The notes beneath the pieces are model-generated. The model saw only the letters and a program-made list of their open reading frames with translations. It had not been told where the DNA came from and searched no databases. 64,000 nucleotides of DNA, from the NCBI GenBank assembly GCA_024679065.1, contig JAGIQG010000003.1, positions 28,272,001-28,336,000 on the forward strand. Direction: 5' to 3'. Source of the stretch: Sphyrna mokarran (taxonomy: Eukaryota). Below are positions 51,009 through 63,659 of this stretch, in pieces. A program made the position numbers and the translations under genes. Positions within the stretch are counted from its first letter, which is position 1; every line of letters begins with the position of its first letter.

Positions 51009-51952
51009 ACTTGCATGCCAGACAACATAAATAGCAAGCATAAACAGAGCTAAATGATTCCAAGCCATGGATCAGACCTAAGCTCTGCAGTCCTGCATGG
51101 TGGTGGACAATCCACTGGAGAAGGAGGCTCACAAATATCCCATCTTCAATGAGAGAGGAATCTAGCATATCAGTGTAGTAGCATTTGCAAAAATCTTCAG
51201 CCAGAAGTACCAAGTTGATGATCCATTTGGCCTCCAATGAAAGTCTCCAGTATTATAGACACCAGTCTTCAGCCAATTCAATGATGTCAAGAAACAGCTG
51301 ATGGCACTGGACACAGCAAAGGCTATGGGCTGTGACAATATTCAAGCAATAATACTGAAGATTGAAGCTGCAGAATTTGCCGTGCTCCTAGCCAAGCTGT
51401 TCCAGTACAGCTGCAACACTGGCATCTGCCCAGCAATGTGGAAAATTGCTCAGGTATGTCCTGTACACAAAAAGCAGGAGAAAGCAAACCCGGCTAATTA
51501 CTATCCTCTCAATCTACTCTCAATTAGCAGCAAAGTGAAGAAGGGATCATCAACAGTACTATCTAGTGGCATTTGCTCTGCAGTAACCAGCTCTCTCATA
51601 CCCAATTTGTATTTCTCAAGGACCAATCACTCTTGACCTCATTACAATCTTGGTTCAAACATGGACAAAACAGCTGAATGCCAAAGGTGAGGTGAGAGTG
51701 AATGCCCTTAATATCAAGGCAGCATTTGACCAAGTGTGGCAACAAGCAGCCCTAACAAAACTGGATTCAAAGGGAATTGGTGGGGAGAGCTCTCTGCTGG
51801 TTGGAGTCATATCTAGCACAAAGGAAGGTGGATTTGGTTAATGCAGGTCAAATCATTTCAGTTCCAGGACACTATTGCAGGAGTTCCTCAGGGTAGTGTT
51901 CTGGGCCCAACCATCCTCAGCTGCTTCATCAATGACTTTCTGCCAATGCAAA

Positions 51953-52847
51953 GGATGGAATTCTCCCAAAAAATGTAAAAGCACTAATTCATGGGAAAAC
52001 TGGAGTAATTCACACTGTTTCTTTCAGTGGGAGTTCAGACTAGAATCTCTCATACTCTTGAGCACTGCAGAGGCCACCAGTGTGAATATCATTAGATTTC
52101 AATGGGTGGGGCCTAGTCCCACCTGGGAGGCTGAAACCTGTGCATGTGCAGTGGCCCTAAACTGTCAGCCTCCTGTTTGCTGACCAGCTCAATTGCTGGC
52201 CAGTTCAGGACCCCTGTAGTGCAGAGAACCCCACAGGCAACCCACCTCCTTCCCCCAGCCTGCCCTGATTGTTGGCAGTTCTCCTGCCCTCATCGATCCC
52301 AATAGCAGAGTGGCAGTGGGACCCCACCCCTGGATCCACCTTCTATAGTCCATACACCCTGGCACTGCCACATGCCTGGTAGGTAGTGCCAAGGTACCCC
52401 CTGGGCATTGACACCTTTGTCCCTTGGGCAGTGCCAAAGGCACACGTTGGTACTGCCAGGATGCCCATGACATGGGAATACCTCCATGCCACCCAGCACC
52501 CTAGGGGGCTCCAATTGCCTCCTCCTTTATTCTAGCAGGGTCAGACTGCTATCTCCCCAAAAGTCGGGAGCTAATGTTATCTCCTCTCGATTTGGAGTGA
52601 GGGGGTGAGTGGGGAGGCTAGTGGGCCCAAAGAATTCAGTCCGGGGCCTAATTACATGAAAGGTAGATTCAAATAAGATTTAAATCATTTGCCTGCTCTT
52701 CCTTCTGGTTTCTAGCACGGATCTGATGGAGTAGAAGATGCCTGCACAGTGGGAATGCATGTGCAAATCCCATGCAGACCTGGCTGTGGAATTCTCCCAT
52801 TCCATTGTGCTTGAAAATTAGCACAGTGGGGTGGGAGAATCACTCCC
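51953..52847. mobile_element. Harbinger MITE with 3-bp TSD (AAA)
   Basis: ggatggaattctccc ... gggagaatcactccc; AAA at 51950-51952 and 52848-52850; interrupts the LINE RT. Confidence 0.85.
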
Positions 52848-53695
52848 AAAGTCTGAAGTGGAGATAACACTGTTCATGACTCCTTGGATACCAAAGCAGC
52901 CAATGCCCAAATGCAGCAATGATGTGGACAACATCTAAGTTTAGGCTATAAGTGGCAAGTAACATATGTGCTACACAAATACCAGGCAATGACCATCTCC
53001 AACAAGAGGAAATCTTGGCATTCAATGGCATTACCATTGCTGAATCCCTCAGTGTTACTATTGACCAGAAACTAATTTGGATTAGCTATACAAATACTGT
53101 GGCTGCTAGAACAGGTCAGAGGCTGGGAAATCTAATGGTGAGGAACTCACCTCCTGATTTCTCAAAGCCTGTCAGCTTATTCGGCATAAGTCAAGAGTGC
53201 AATGGGAAATCCCCCATGTTGTCTGGATGAATGCAGTTCCAACAATACCATCCAGGGCACAGCTGCCTACTTGCTACCCCTTCCACAAACATTCAATCTC
53301 TCCATCATCGATGAGCAATGGCAATACTATATACTACCTACAAAAACCTGTGCTGCAAAAACTCTCCAAAGCTCCCTACACCTTCCAAATTCAAACCACT
53401 ACTATCTAGAAGAGTGAGGGCAGCTGATACCTAGGAACACCACAGTCTGGAAGTTCACCTTTAAGCCACTTACCATCTTGACTTGGAAACATATCGCTGT
53501 TCCTTCATTGTTACTGAACTCTCTCCCTAATAGTATTGTGGATGTACCTACACCACATGGGATTGCAATGATTCAAAAAGACAGCTCTCCACCACTTTTT
53601 CAAGGGCAATTAAGAATGAGCAATATGTGCTGGTCTAGCAAGCAACACCATAAGTGAATTTTTAAAATGAATCAGTGTGATCCCATTTTGACTAT

Positions 53696-54295
53696 GGGGC
53701 GATTCTCCCATCCCGACCGGCAACTTTTCTGGCAAGTCGGGGTGGGAGATGCACGTCACTGGCCTTGTTCCAGGATTTATGCATGCGGCAGGAATATGTA
53801 CACATCTCCCAGAGCCGGAGAATAGTTGGAGACCAGACCGCACTGGAAACCAGTGGGAAGATAGGTAAGTAATTTGATTTTTTTAAATGTCTTTTAAATG
53901 TATTTTAAATGTTATTATTGGGAATTTGTCTTTCCCGATTAAATCTCCCATCCCATCAGGAGTACTTCATTCCAGCGGGATTTAGAGTAGCTTCCCTCCT
54001 TTGGAGAACTAGTAGGAGACCCTACCGGAATGAAGGGGGGTGCAGTCAGGGATTCCAAGGGGTCAAGTGGAAGATAGGCGGTGCTGCCTGGGCATGGGCA
54101 TCCTGGCAGTGCCAGCCTGTGTCCCTGGCACAGTGCTTACGCACAGGTGTACCTTGGCACTTCCCATTGGGCATCTAGCAGTGCCAAGAGGCAGGGGCTA
54201 TTGTGGGTAAGCCTATGAGGTAATTGGTGGATGTGGTAGGATGGGTCGAGGATGGAGGGATTGGGGTGGTCGATGGGGGCAGGGAGCGGCAGTTA
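53696..54295. mobile_element. Left part of a Harbinger-type MITE
   Basis: ggggcgattctcccatcccgacc...gtcggggtgggagat terminal hairpin; tggca/tgcca repeats as in 52330-52460. Confidence 0.7.
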
Positions 54296-55441
54296 AGGTG
54301 GTCCAAAGAATTAGAAAGTTATTGCATGCTACAAATTGTAATAGGAATCAAGATATAAACACATAAACAGAGATGACAACAAGTGAAACTGTGTGAGAAG
54401 CATACAGAGAATAAAAGAGAGGTAAAGAGAGAAAACAAATAGGAAGGGACAGGAAGAAAGAAAGAATGAAAGTGCAAGAGTAGCAGAGACCTAATTATAG
54501 AGATGTTATGATTTGGAATTGTAAAGAGGCAGGCACAATTTTGTTTCTCTGAATGAGAAACAGCAAAGAAATTCCGTTAGTATTTAATTAAGAGGCAGCT
54601 TTTGCAATAATGCTGTAGAAGTGCATCTATGTTGTTCACACGAGTTAATTTCATAACACTCTGCATTGTGAGGTTAAGTTCGTTACACAGAAGTGGCTTG
54701 AAGATACCAGTTTGTGGTACATATCAACCAATGAATCTGTATAGGACCACTTCACAAGACCACTACTGGAAGACGTCATAATCTGTATGTGTTTCTTGTG
54801 AGTTTACAGTGAGTCTGGTGGACATGATACTACATTAATGGAAGCAGTTTTATAAAAACTACAACAGAGCATTATTGCCAGAAAATGCAATGAAATAGTG
54901 TACATGAGACAACTCTTGGCTGGTGACTAATGACCTAAGTTTTAACATGAATCAAAGGTCTAGCCTGAGCAAAATGAACAGTTAAAAGAGAACATTATCA
55001 GAAACAGAAGTAATAATGGATACCAAGGCGGGAAATGCTCTTTAAGTGGTTACAGTGATTCAGTGATATCTGAGCTACTTTGTGGGAGAGAAAATTAGAA
55101 ATCTCTGTAGCATAGCAAAGCTGTCTAAAGCTAGTTTTACTTGAAATGAGTGCTGTCAACTACAAATGTTCAGCTCTGTCTGTCTTCAGCTTCATTGTCA
55201 TAAAAATGACTCACCTGTATGCACATGCGGAAGTATTGGAACACTGTATTATCGTGGATCTTGCAAGCTGGGCCATGGTTGAAACTAACAGTATCACATC
55301 AGCCTTGGCAAAGCACGTTTTGTCCTCATTAATCAGTATGAATTTTATTCAGACATTTTTGTGATCAGATATTTGTCAAAAACATGGGCAGAATCTCCTG
55401 ATCTCTTTTGTGAGGTGTTTCAAGACGGGCGGGTAATTTAG

Positions 55442-55934
55442 TTGGGCAGGAGGGTGCAGAAAAGATTAACTAGTATGTTGCCCAAAATTAGCTATGAGGA
55501 GAGGATGAAGAAACTTAGTTTGTTTTCACTAGAATATCGGAGGTTCAGGGGCAATCTGATAGAAATCCACAAGATAATGAGAGGATTGGGTAGAGTGGAT
55601 AGTCCAAAACTATGTGCGATCTGGAGGGTGGAAGAGTCAACTACTATGGGGCACAGGTTTAAGATGCGAGGGGCGAACTTTAAAGGAGATGTACGAGGCA
55701 GATTTTTTACACAGAAAGTAGTTGATACCTGGAACTCGTTGCTGAGAGTGGTAGTGAAAACAGACACGGTGGAGATTTAAGGAGCATCTTGACAAATACA
55801 TGAATAGGATGAAAATAGAAGGATATAGTCCCCAGAAGGGTAGGGGGTTTTAGTTAAGTTGAGCAGCATGGTCGGTGCAGGCTTGGAGGACTGAAGGGCC
55901 TGTTCCTTTGCTGTAATTTTCTTTGTTCTTTTGT
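55442..55934 (+). mobile_element. CR1/HER1 3' end, inside an older MITE-like element starting at ~55386
   Basis: LSLFSLEYRRFRGNLIEIHKIMRG...GRFFTQKVVDTWNSL; tail ctgaagggcctgttcc...tttgttctt. Confidence 0.92.
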
Positions 55935-58900
55935 TGTGGGTGAGTGCCCCGCTACCTTCCTGCCTCCATTCTGTTTAAATTCAGTGCATGAAACTATTAT
56001 TTGGCCTTCCCACCATTCCACCAATTGAAGTCCTTAAGTAGGAAATTCATGGCCACTTAAGGGTTTCAGTCTGCTACAACTAGTATTTGTAGCAGATACA
56101 GTTAGAGTTTGTGAATGAGCCTGTCACCAAACTGGAAGCACGAAAAGTGAACATGTGCGATCTGGAGGTGGGAGATCATCCCTCATTCAAAGGCACTCGG
56201 TACCTGATCAAGGGACCTGTCATCTGGAATTGGGGGGCCTGCTGTGAACCACATCTCAGTTCTTCCTGTCAACAGTACTTACAACCCCAGGAAATCCTTG
56301 CTCCATGACTCCCACATAAATCTGGTTTGGGTTCTCCACAATATTGCTTTTTGGGTAGCTATTCTTGCAGTAACAGCCAGTTCTTCTCTGGCATACTCTG
56401 TTTGGCTCTCTGCAGGCAGGACCTCTGGCCTGGAGTCCTGATCCTGGGACAAGGTTTGTGGTTCAACAGGTCTCTCCAAAGGAAGCAACACAAGTCTTTT
56501 ACTGGTTCTCCAGTCAGCCGTGAGTCTCAGTCTGAAGACTCCAAAATAGCCAAGTAATAAAAATGCCACAGTTTTTATGGCGCCCTGAGCACAGTTAGTA
56601 TTTTAGAGCCAATTCATAAAGTGGTCCTGTCATATGATTGAACTAATGTGACAACGTCTTTCTCAAATCGTTAACAAAATACTGAATGCAGGATAACAGA
56701 AGACTGTGATGAGAAGCAGCAGGCACAATATTATTAAGGTGACAGCTGCTAAGAGGAGGGACAGAAACATAGCTACAGTTGGGTGCCTTGCAGCCTCAGT
56801 GTGTGAACAGGCAGAATGCTGGCAGATGTTGTTTGCATCATTTACATTAGCTGAAAGTCTTTTTTAAAGAGTTGAAGGGGTTCTTCTCCCTTTTCCTGCT
56901 CCATGTGAGCCTTGTGTCATCTGGCCTCACTGTGTAAAATTTTCATTTATAAATCAAACTTGTCTTTGCCCTTTGGTTTCTTCAAAGAAATGTTAGTTTC
57001 CTGTCTGTGTTCTTTGTTTGCTCGAGATAAGTTGTGAAATTCAACAACTTGTATTTAAATGTTTGAGACAAAGTACTGGACACTGGAATGCAACCAAAGT
57101 CACGGCTTGTCTAACAACTGATGGAAGGCAATTATGGGATGGGTCAGGCAAAGGCCCTCTTTTCTTTCCTGACTTGTAGCACCATATTCAGTTGAAATGC
57201 TGACAGCAGCATTGCTCCATATCCGCTCTTTTTTTTGGAGAATGAATGGCAGGGGAAATTCCTGATTAACTCCGTAATATAGTGGCTGGCCGATGGCAGC
57301 ACCTTCCCGATGACAAGGATGGGACTATTAAGTTATAAAAAGTCGTAACACTGAGCTCAACCTACTTTCACAGACAGATGTTTACCTGATAATTTCAACT
57401 TAAGTTTCCAATAAATTTTCTAGATTGATTTTGGTATTTGCTTCTTAAAAGATAATCACACTCTTTGCAAAGTATGTCTTTCTTGGTCAGTTTTTTTTTA
57501 AATTACTCGCAACACTTAATTAGAGTGGGTGAGAGGGATGCCTCATTTTCCTTTGTTGTAAATTAAGCTTTCAGTAATCCTAAACAAAAAGCTGAGATCT
57601 GGAAGCTATAGGATTTGGTAGCAGGATTATGGTGTCTCGGATAATGATGTGCAGTCAGCAGAACCAAAGCTGTATTTTAATTCAAATCAGCTGGTAAACA
57701 AACCATTGACATGTTTGTGGATGACAGCAACTGAGTCCCGTGGAAGTGTCTTAACAGCAAAATTATTATTATTTTTTCTGTCAAAGACAACTACTGAATA
57801 ATAGACATGTCCCTTACTCCACATGGTACTGCATCCATTCTGCTTTTATGTAGAATGCTGGTAATGATACATCCCTTCTTATTGTTCAATTAACCCTTTC
57901 CTGGTTCCAGTAGTGTTAGTTTCTGCAAAAAAAGCATTGGAAGGTGAGAACTGTTCAGCTTCCTGCTCCTTTTTGCTCAATGAATAATGTACATTGTACA
58001 GATCCATACTACCCTCCAATTCTAAATATATGAGCAGTCTTCAACATTCAAAGAATGTCTCTCAATGGTATATAAAAATTCAGTATTCAATTCATGCTAA
58101 GCAATTACATTTCTAATCTTAAGATTTTCTGTTGAATTGACTATATATTGTAAAATCTCTCTTTATATCCTAACTACATGTTTTAAATTTCTAATATGTA
58201 TTTACTGTGTTGTGTGGTAAACAACATTTGTCTGAATGAGAAGTAGTAAACATATTCAGAATTCTGAAGTAGCATGAATGCATACTGATTATCTTTTTGG
58301 AAGATGCATTGTGTCTGATTACTTTGGTTTACAAGGTCATTGCACTCTCAATTGTTGGAGTGAATAAACACTATTGTTCAAGGCAAGCAATTCTTTACAC
58401 CTTCTCAAGACACAAAAGCAATTTGTCATTATCAAAGAATAATTGTTGCTTTTGCTTTGTGGATATGTTTGAATGTTGGGTAACTAAGCAAGGAAAACAT
58501 GTATAGTGCAGAAATTAATAAATCAGTAATGTTGCTGCTATCATTTTTTTTACAAGGGCTTTTCAGCAATGTTATCTGCTTTGAAGAACTAACAAAGAAT
58601 GCTTGGTCAGAAATTTAAAAAGCGACTAAAATTAATTTTAAATGAAATCAAAATGAAAAGAACACATTAAAAATGTTTTAGATGTACTCATTCCTCCTAG
58701 GACTTTTTTTAAACATGTCTGTTGATGTAGCATTGAATTTGGTTAGTTTAAGTGCTTTTTTAATAAAGATCAATGTTCAATTTCTGAATGCCAGGTAAGT
58801 TCACGTTATATGTAATTATCTTTGATATTTCAAAGGAATATTTAATTTTGTAAGTATGCTATGGTCTGTGGTTTACTGTTATTTAATTCTCATAAAACTT

Positions 58901-59139
58901 CAGAGTCAATAAACACCAACTAAATGAATGTTTATAAGTTTGAGTAAAATATATTGTAACATTTTAATGTATTATTACAGATTTACTCTTTATGTTTATA
59001 TAATATTAATATATTTTTGTGTTATCATTAAATTGTATTAAAATCAAAAATGTACAATTTTTAAAAATGTTTTATTACCTTAAATTTTCTCCTTCCTTTT
59101 TCAGACAATTTAATGCAATACTGATGAATTGCTATATAT

Positions 59140-59395
59140 TGGAGGTGCTGTCTTTTGGGGGAGACAGTAAATTAAGATGCTATTTGTGATAAGTGGATGT
59201 TTAAGATCAAAATGGTACTATTCAAAGAAAAGCATGTTTGCTCTTCAAAATAGACAAAATTCATCCCTCAGCTAATATAATCAAAGCAGATCAATTATCT
59301 CCCTGCTCTTTTGGAACCTTGCTATTTGCAAGCTAGCTATTCCATTTACTTGTATTACAACAGTGAAGATCCGCTGTGAAGCTCTTTGTGACAAC
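59140..59395 (+). mobile_element. Deu-domain SINE remnant
   Basis: ggaggtgctgtctttt...gtggatgtttaagatc...attcatccctcagc...attacaacagtga. Confidence 0.65.
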
Positions 59396-59422
59396 ATGGG
59401 GTCCTGGACAGCACTCTAGAAA

Positions 59423-59940
59423 TGGGGGTGGGGTAGATTGGGGGGGTTAAGGAAAGAGGAGTGATGTGGATTTGGAGGCTGGAGGGGGTGGGTCGATGTA
59501 CAGGTTTGAGGGAGCTTGGGAGTTCAAAGGAAGATTGGAGAGAGGGATTTTTTTTTCTGAGACGGATTGGGATAGGTTGGTTGGAGGTTAGAGGCTAGTT
59601 GGGGTTGGTTTGGAGAGGGGTTTAGGAGAAGATGGGAAGTTGGAAAGGGTATTGGGAGAAGATTGGGGGCAGAGGTAAGCTTGGGAAGTGGGGAGTTCAA
59701 AAGGGGGGATTGGGGGTAGGTGAGATTCAGGGTGATGTTCAAGAGGGTGCAGGCTGGTTGGGAAATGATGGAGTTAGGAGAGAAGTTATGAGGATGTTGG
59801 AGAGTTGATTGAGAGGGGTGATGTTGGGAGCTTGGTGGGAATTGGGGAGAGGGTTGCAGGGTAAATTGGAGGAGGTGTGGCAGTTGAGGATGGATGGGTG
59901 GGGAGGAGGACTTGGAATGGGTTGAAGGAAGTTGGGGGTT
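59423..59940 (+). repeat. G/purine-rich low-complexity tract
   Basis: Dense GG/GGG runs with very few C on the + strand. Confidence 0.75.
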
Positions 59941-60779
59941 TTAAAGTTTAGTACATCAAAATCCTGTTTTGAATTTAAACAGTATATAAATAGCTGTCAT
60001 TATTCTTTAAAGTAAATGCAATTCTAATGACAATTCTGTCTGCTGTATGCAAGTGTCATGAAAGAAAGATAAAAACTACATTTATGCAGCACCTTTCAAC
60101 AGAATGGAACCATGATTGTGTCTTGCTTATTTTGTTGATAATGAAAGTTTACTGTGAGCAGGCTTTGTGGGGTACAATAGCAGTTCAGGGGTACATAATA
60201 GCCTCATAATGAAACAGTAATCTGTTTTACCTGATTCTTAAGAGTCTTTTCCATTGACTTTGCTCTTATCCGTTTCTCTACTTACTTATTAATTCACCTT
60301 ACCTTGGTGGTTGTTCGATCATCCCACTGTGAATTGAATCTTCCCCCCAAATATGAATTTTCTGTCACCACATTCATATAATAAAATGTGCAGATCATAT
60401 TAATGAAGGCTGGGACAATCACTGAAATCAGTGTTATCATCCAAACAATATCATAAGTAGCCAATAGAATGTTCTCCTGTCCAAATAATAATATGGAACG
60501 ATGCTGTTAAAGTAAAAATATTACTGTCAGGTTTGTTCAATAGTCACAATTGGGTCACCTATAGAGTGCACACAAACCAATATCACATTGTATTGTTGCT
60601 GTTTTGAATTTTAATGACCCATGCTGCTGTATATATATCAAATGTTATTTGTAACTTGATGCTGACAATGGCTGTTATCACTTTACAAGGAATGTTCTGT
60701 GATTGTTTGGTAAATTTATTGATGAATCAAGAGGGGAAAAATTTATCATGCATGATTAAGAAAGAGGGTTAAAGTCAAG

Positions 60780-61213
60780 GCAGGGCTGGTGGGAACTAAG
60801 AGGTCTGGAAACAGAAATAGAACCAAGGCCCATGATTGATCTCCTTGCCCTTGGGTCAGGATGGAGGAAACCAGGTGAAGGGAATTTTCCTATGATCCAA
60901 AGGGACCCATTAAGGATTTAAGGCAAACATCCCCACCAACCTCCCCCCTCCCTCCACCCCCCCAACCCCAATTTGCCCAACACCAGCCTCCGGAGTAGAA
61001 CTGCCAGGTTGGATATGGTGTGGGTCTCCCAGCTGCTGGTTAGATCCCAAAGATGGTGAGATGAGGCCCTTAAGTGATCTTAAGTGAGACCTGACACCTC
61101 ACCCGTGCTGATTAATTTGCATTGGAGCTGGGGAAGGCAGACAGTTAATGAATGTGCCACCAATGGCATCTTACAGGTGAACCCACAGTGGAAGAGATCA
61201 TAAAATCCAGCCC
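60780..61213. mobile_element. Old MITE-like element
   Basis: Ends in ataaaatccagccc; internal cccttaagtg motif also seen in other MITE-like copies. Confidence 0.45.
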
Positions 61214-63248
61214 ACCTTTTAAAGTTGGGAGTTGCTGAATAGAATTAGAAAAGAGAATCCTGGCTGACTTGTTCCATTTTCTGACCTCGAGCATTTCACT
61301 CCTGCAAAATTTGGCAATGTTTTCCATTTATTTAAATTTATAAACACTGAATGCAACAGGATTGAAATAAAAATCCAAATGGCTTCATTTTATCCAGTGA
61401 CTCAAATCGTTAAGTTTTTCAGGCAGTATCTAAGTGCTCTGCTTTGTCATTAGGGGTTAATTGTTCTAATTAAAATCTAAGTGATTATTTATATAGATGG
61501 TACTTCAATAGAGTTCAGTGTTTTGTCAGACAGTGATGTAATTCATTGCAGCACTGGGACAAACTTTCTATGAACTTTCCCACTATCATGTTTTCTCACT
61601 ATCTATTTCTGTTGAAAGCTTTGCTATTCATGGCTACAGGTGTTCCCTCACCTGGATCATATTGCTCATAGCAACGTAGAGAATCTAAAGCATAATTTAG
61701 ACCTTATCCCCTTCAAACTGGAAGAAAAAGATTTATCAGTATCAGTAGAGCTTTGGATTCTGATACTCCATATTTAAAATTGATCAAAAATGTAGGTACA
61801 GACAAGGTGAAGTAAAAAATATAACATAATTAAAACAAAATAGAAAAATGGGGAAAGCTAGCATCATTAACACAATGAAAAGATATAGTATAGCCAGCAG
61901 ATATCAGAGATCAGTGTTGAGGATCACCAGGGAATGGTCAATTCTGTACTTTATAAACAAGTACAAACAAAGTTTATATAGTAACATGGTTCCATTCCCT
62001 ATAGAACACCAGGCGGGAAACTGGGCCAATCAGAAGAGTGGGTGTACTGGATGCAGAGCATCTTCAGTTGGAACTAGAGAGGTGCTTATGTTTGGTCAGA
62101 TCCTTAATATCGTTATATTAGTTTAATAAACCCATTGTTTGGAACCACACGGAGTTGCCTCCAGTTATTCCAGTTTATTAAATAGCCTTTGAAAACAGAT
62201 AATTGCTTTTGTTTCCTGGAGGTGTCTTACTTTTAGGTTATAACCAAGACTTGCAGATAAAAATTCCAGATCATGACAGAGACTGAATACTCAGATATAT
62301 AGATGCTGGGAAGATCAGATGTATGAATTTCACTGGACCACCAAAGGATCTGGGCACAAACATATTAAGTGGATTGGTGGAGATATTAGATATTGGCAAA
62401 ACACTTGCTCCCTTTTAGCAAATATGAGATATTCACAATTGGGCATGGTGACATGCTTCCTTTTGGATTATTAGCAGGCAACATAATTATTTACACCATA
62501 AATGTGCAGAAGGAGAGTGTGTAGTGTTGTACAAACAAAATGGCACCATTTATTTTGATGTTGGCCTGGCACTCTCTATTAATCTATGTCAAGTCTTGTC
62601 ATCTAGATTACTTAAGAGGAGAGAGACAACATAGGTATTTATTTAAAATCTAATTTTTAAAATATTTTTAAATCTTCAACAAAAAATTAAAGTGAAGGAA
62701 TGAGATTCCACATTTATGAACATTATCTTTTAGTTTCACTGTAGTCACTTGATAGTAATTTAGATTTACCATGCCATTAAAATTTAATAACATTGGAATG
62801 GACAAGCCCTAACTTTTTCTGATGAACTGTCATTTACTGCCTAAGTAAAGAAACTTCACATTCTTGTGTGTATTTCAATAGCACACCTCTTGACAAATGG
62901 CAGCTTCAGGCAGAGCAGGGCAAGTTTGTCTGCAATTTCTTGATCTCCACATTTAGTGCTCATGTGTGGCCAGTGAAGATTGATTCCTATTTACACCTAA
63001 ATAACAATGAGTGCTGTTTGTCTCTGTTTTTTCAATAGCAAAATATAGTTGTCTGAATGTTCCCCAAAGTGAACTCTTGTAAAAAAAATTAATAGTTTTT
63101 CTTTCTTCAAGTTGTTGAGCTGTGATTATATTGAGATCTAATATTATAATCCTCAGTATATTAAATTTATTCTGCTAGATTAATAGTATTGCCCATTATA
63201 CTCAATATTGACTTATTTATTGGTGTTAAATATGTTAATGTTCAAATA

Positions 63249-63580
63249 GTGGTCATGATGTAGAGATGCCGGCGTTGGACTGGGGTAGTAAGAACTCAGT
63301 AAGAATTTAGCAACACCAATTTTAAATCCAACCGATTTATTTGATAGTAAATTTGCGAGCTTTCGACACTCTGTGTCTTTGTCAGGCAGAAGAACATTCA
63401 GTAAGAATTTAGCAACACCAATTTTAAATCCAACCGATTTATTTGATAGTAAATTTGCGAGCTTTCGACACTCTGTGTCTTTGTCAGGCAAAGACACAGA
63501 GTGTCGAAAGCTCGCAAATTTACTATCAAATAAATTGGTTGGATTTAAAATTGGTGTTGCTAAATTCTTACTGAATGTTC
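63249..63580. mobile_element. Penelope-like pLTR array: two direct units (102-bp period) plus one inverted unit, 12-bp TSD
   Basis: Units at 63296-63388 and 63398-63490; inverted copy at 63489-63580; AATGTTCAAATA at 63237-63248 and 63574-63585. Confidence 0.9.
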
Positions 63581-63659
63581 AAATACATAGACTGTACTTT
63601 TACAAAATATTAAAAATGTAATTTTCAACAACTGACATCAGACATAGAAGAAGTTATTA

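Larger units (their letters stand above)
49287..53667 (+). mobile_element. Near-full CR1-group LINE (endonuclease + RT) with a tRNA-SINE-like 5' end, decayed
   Basis: SDHH-like endonuclease end at ~50202; LDTAKAMGCDNI...MWKIAQVCPVHKKQEKANPANY; IKAAFDQVWQ; ggagttcctcagggtagtgttctgggccca (GVPQGSVLGP); tail gggcaattaagaatgagcaat. Confidence 0.88.

Noticed and set aside
50710-51237. 175-aa ORF as a gene
   Set aside because: A chimeric read across an antisense LINE segment and a nested CR1 fragment.
63213-63621. ORFs with repeated peptides and a CRISPR-like repeat pattern
   Set aside because: These are translations of the duplicated pLTR units; there are no unique spacers or cas genes, and the context is eukaryotic.
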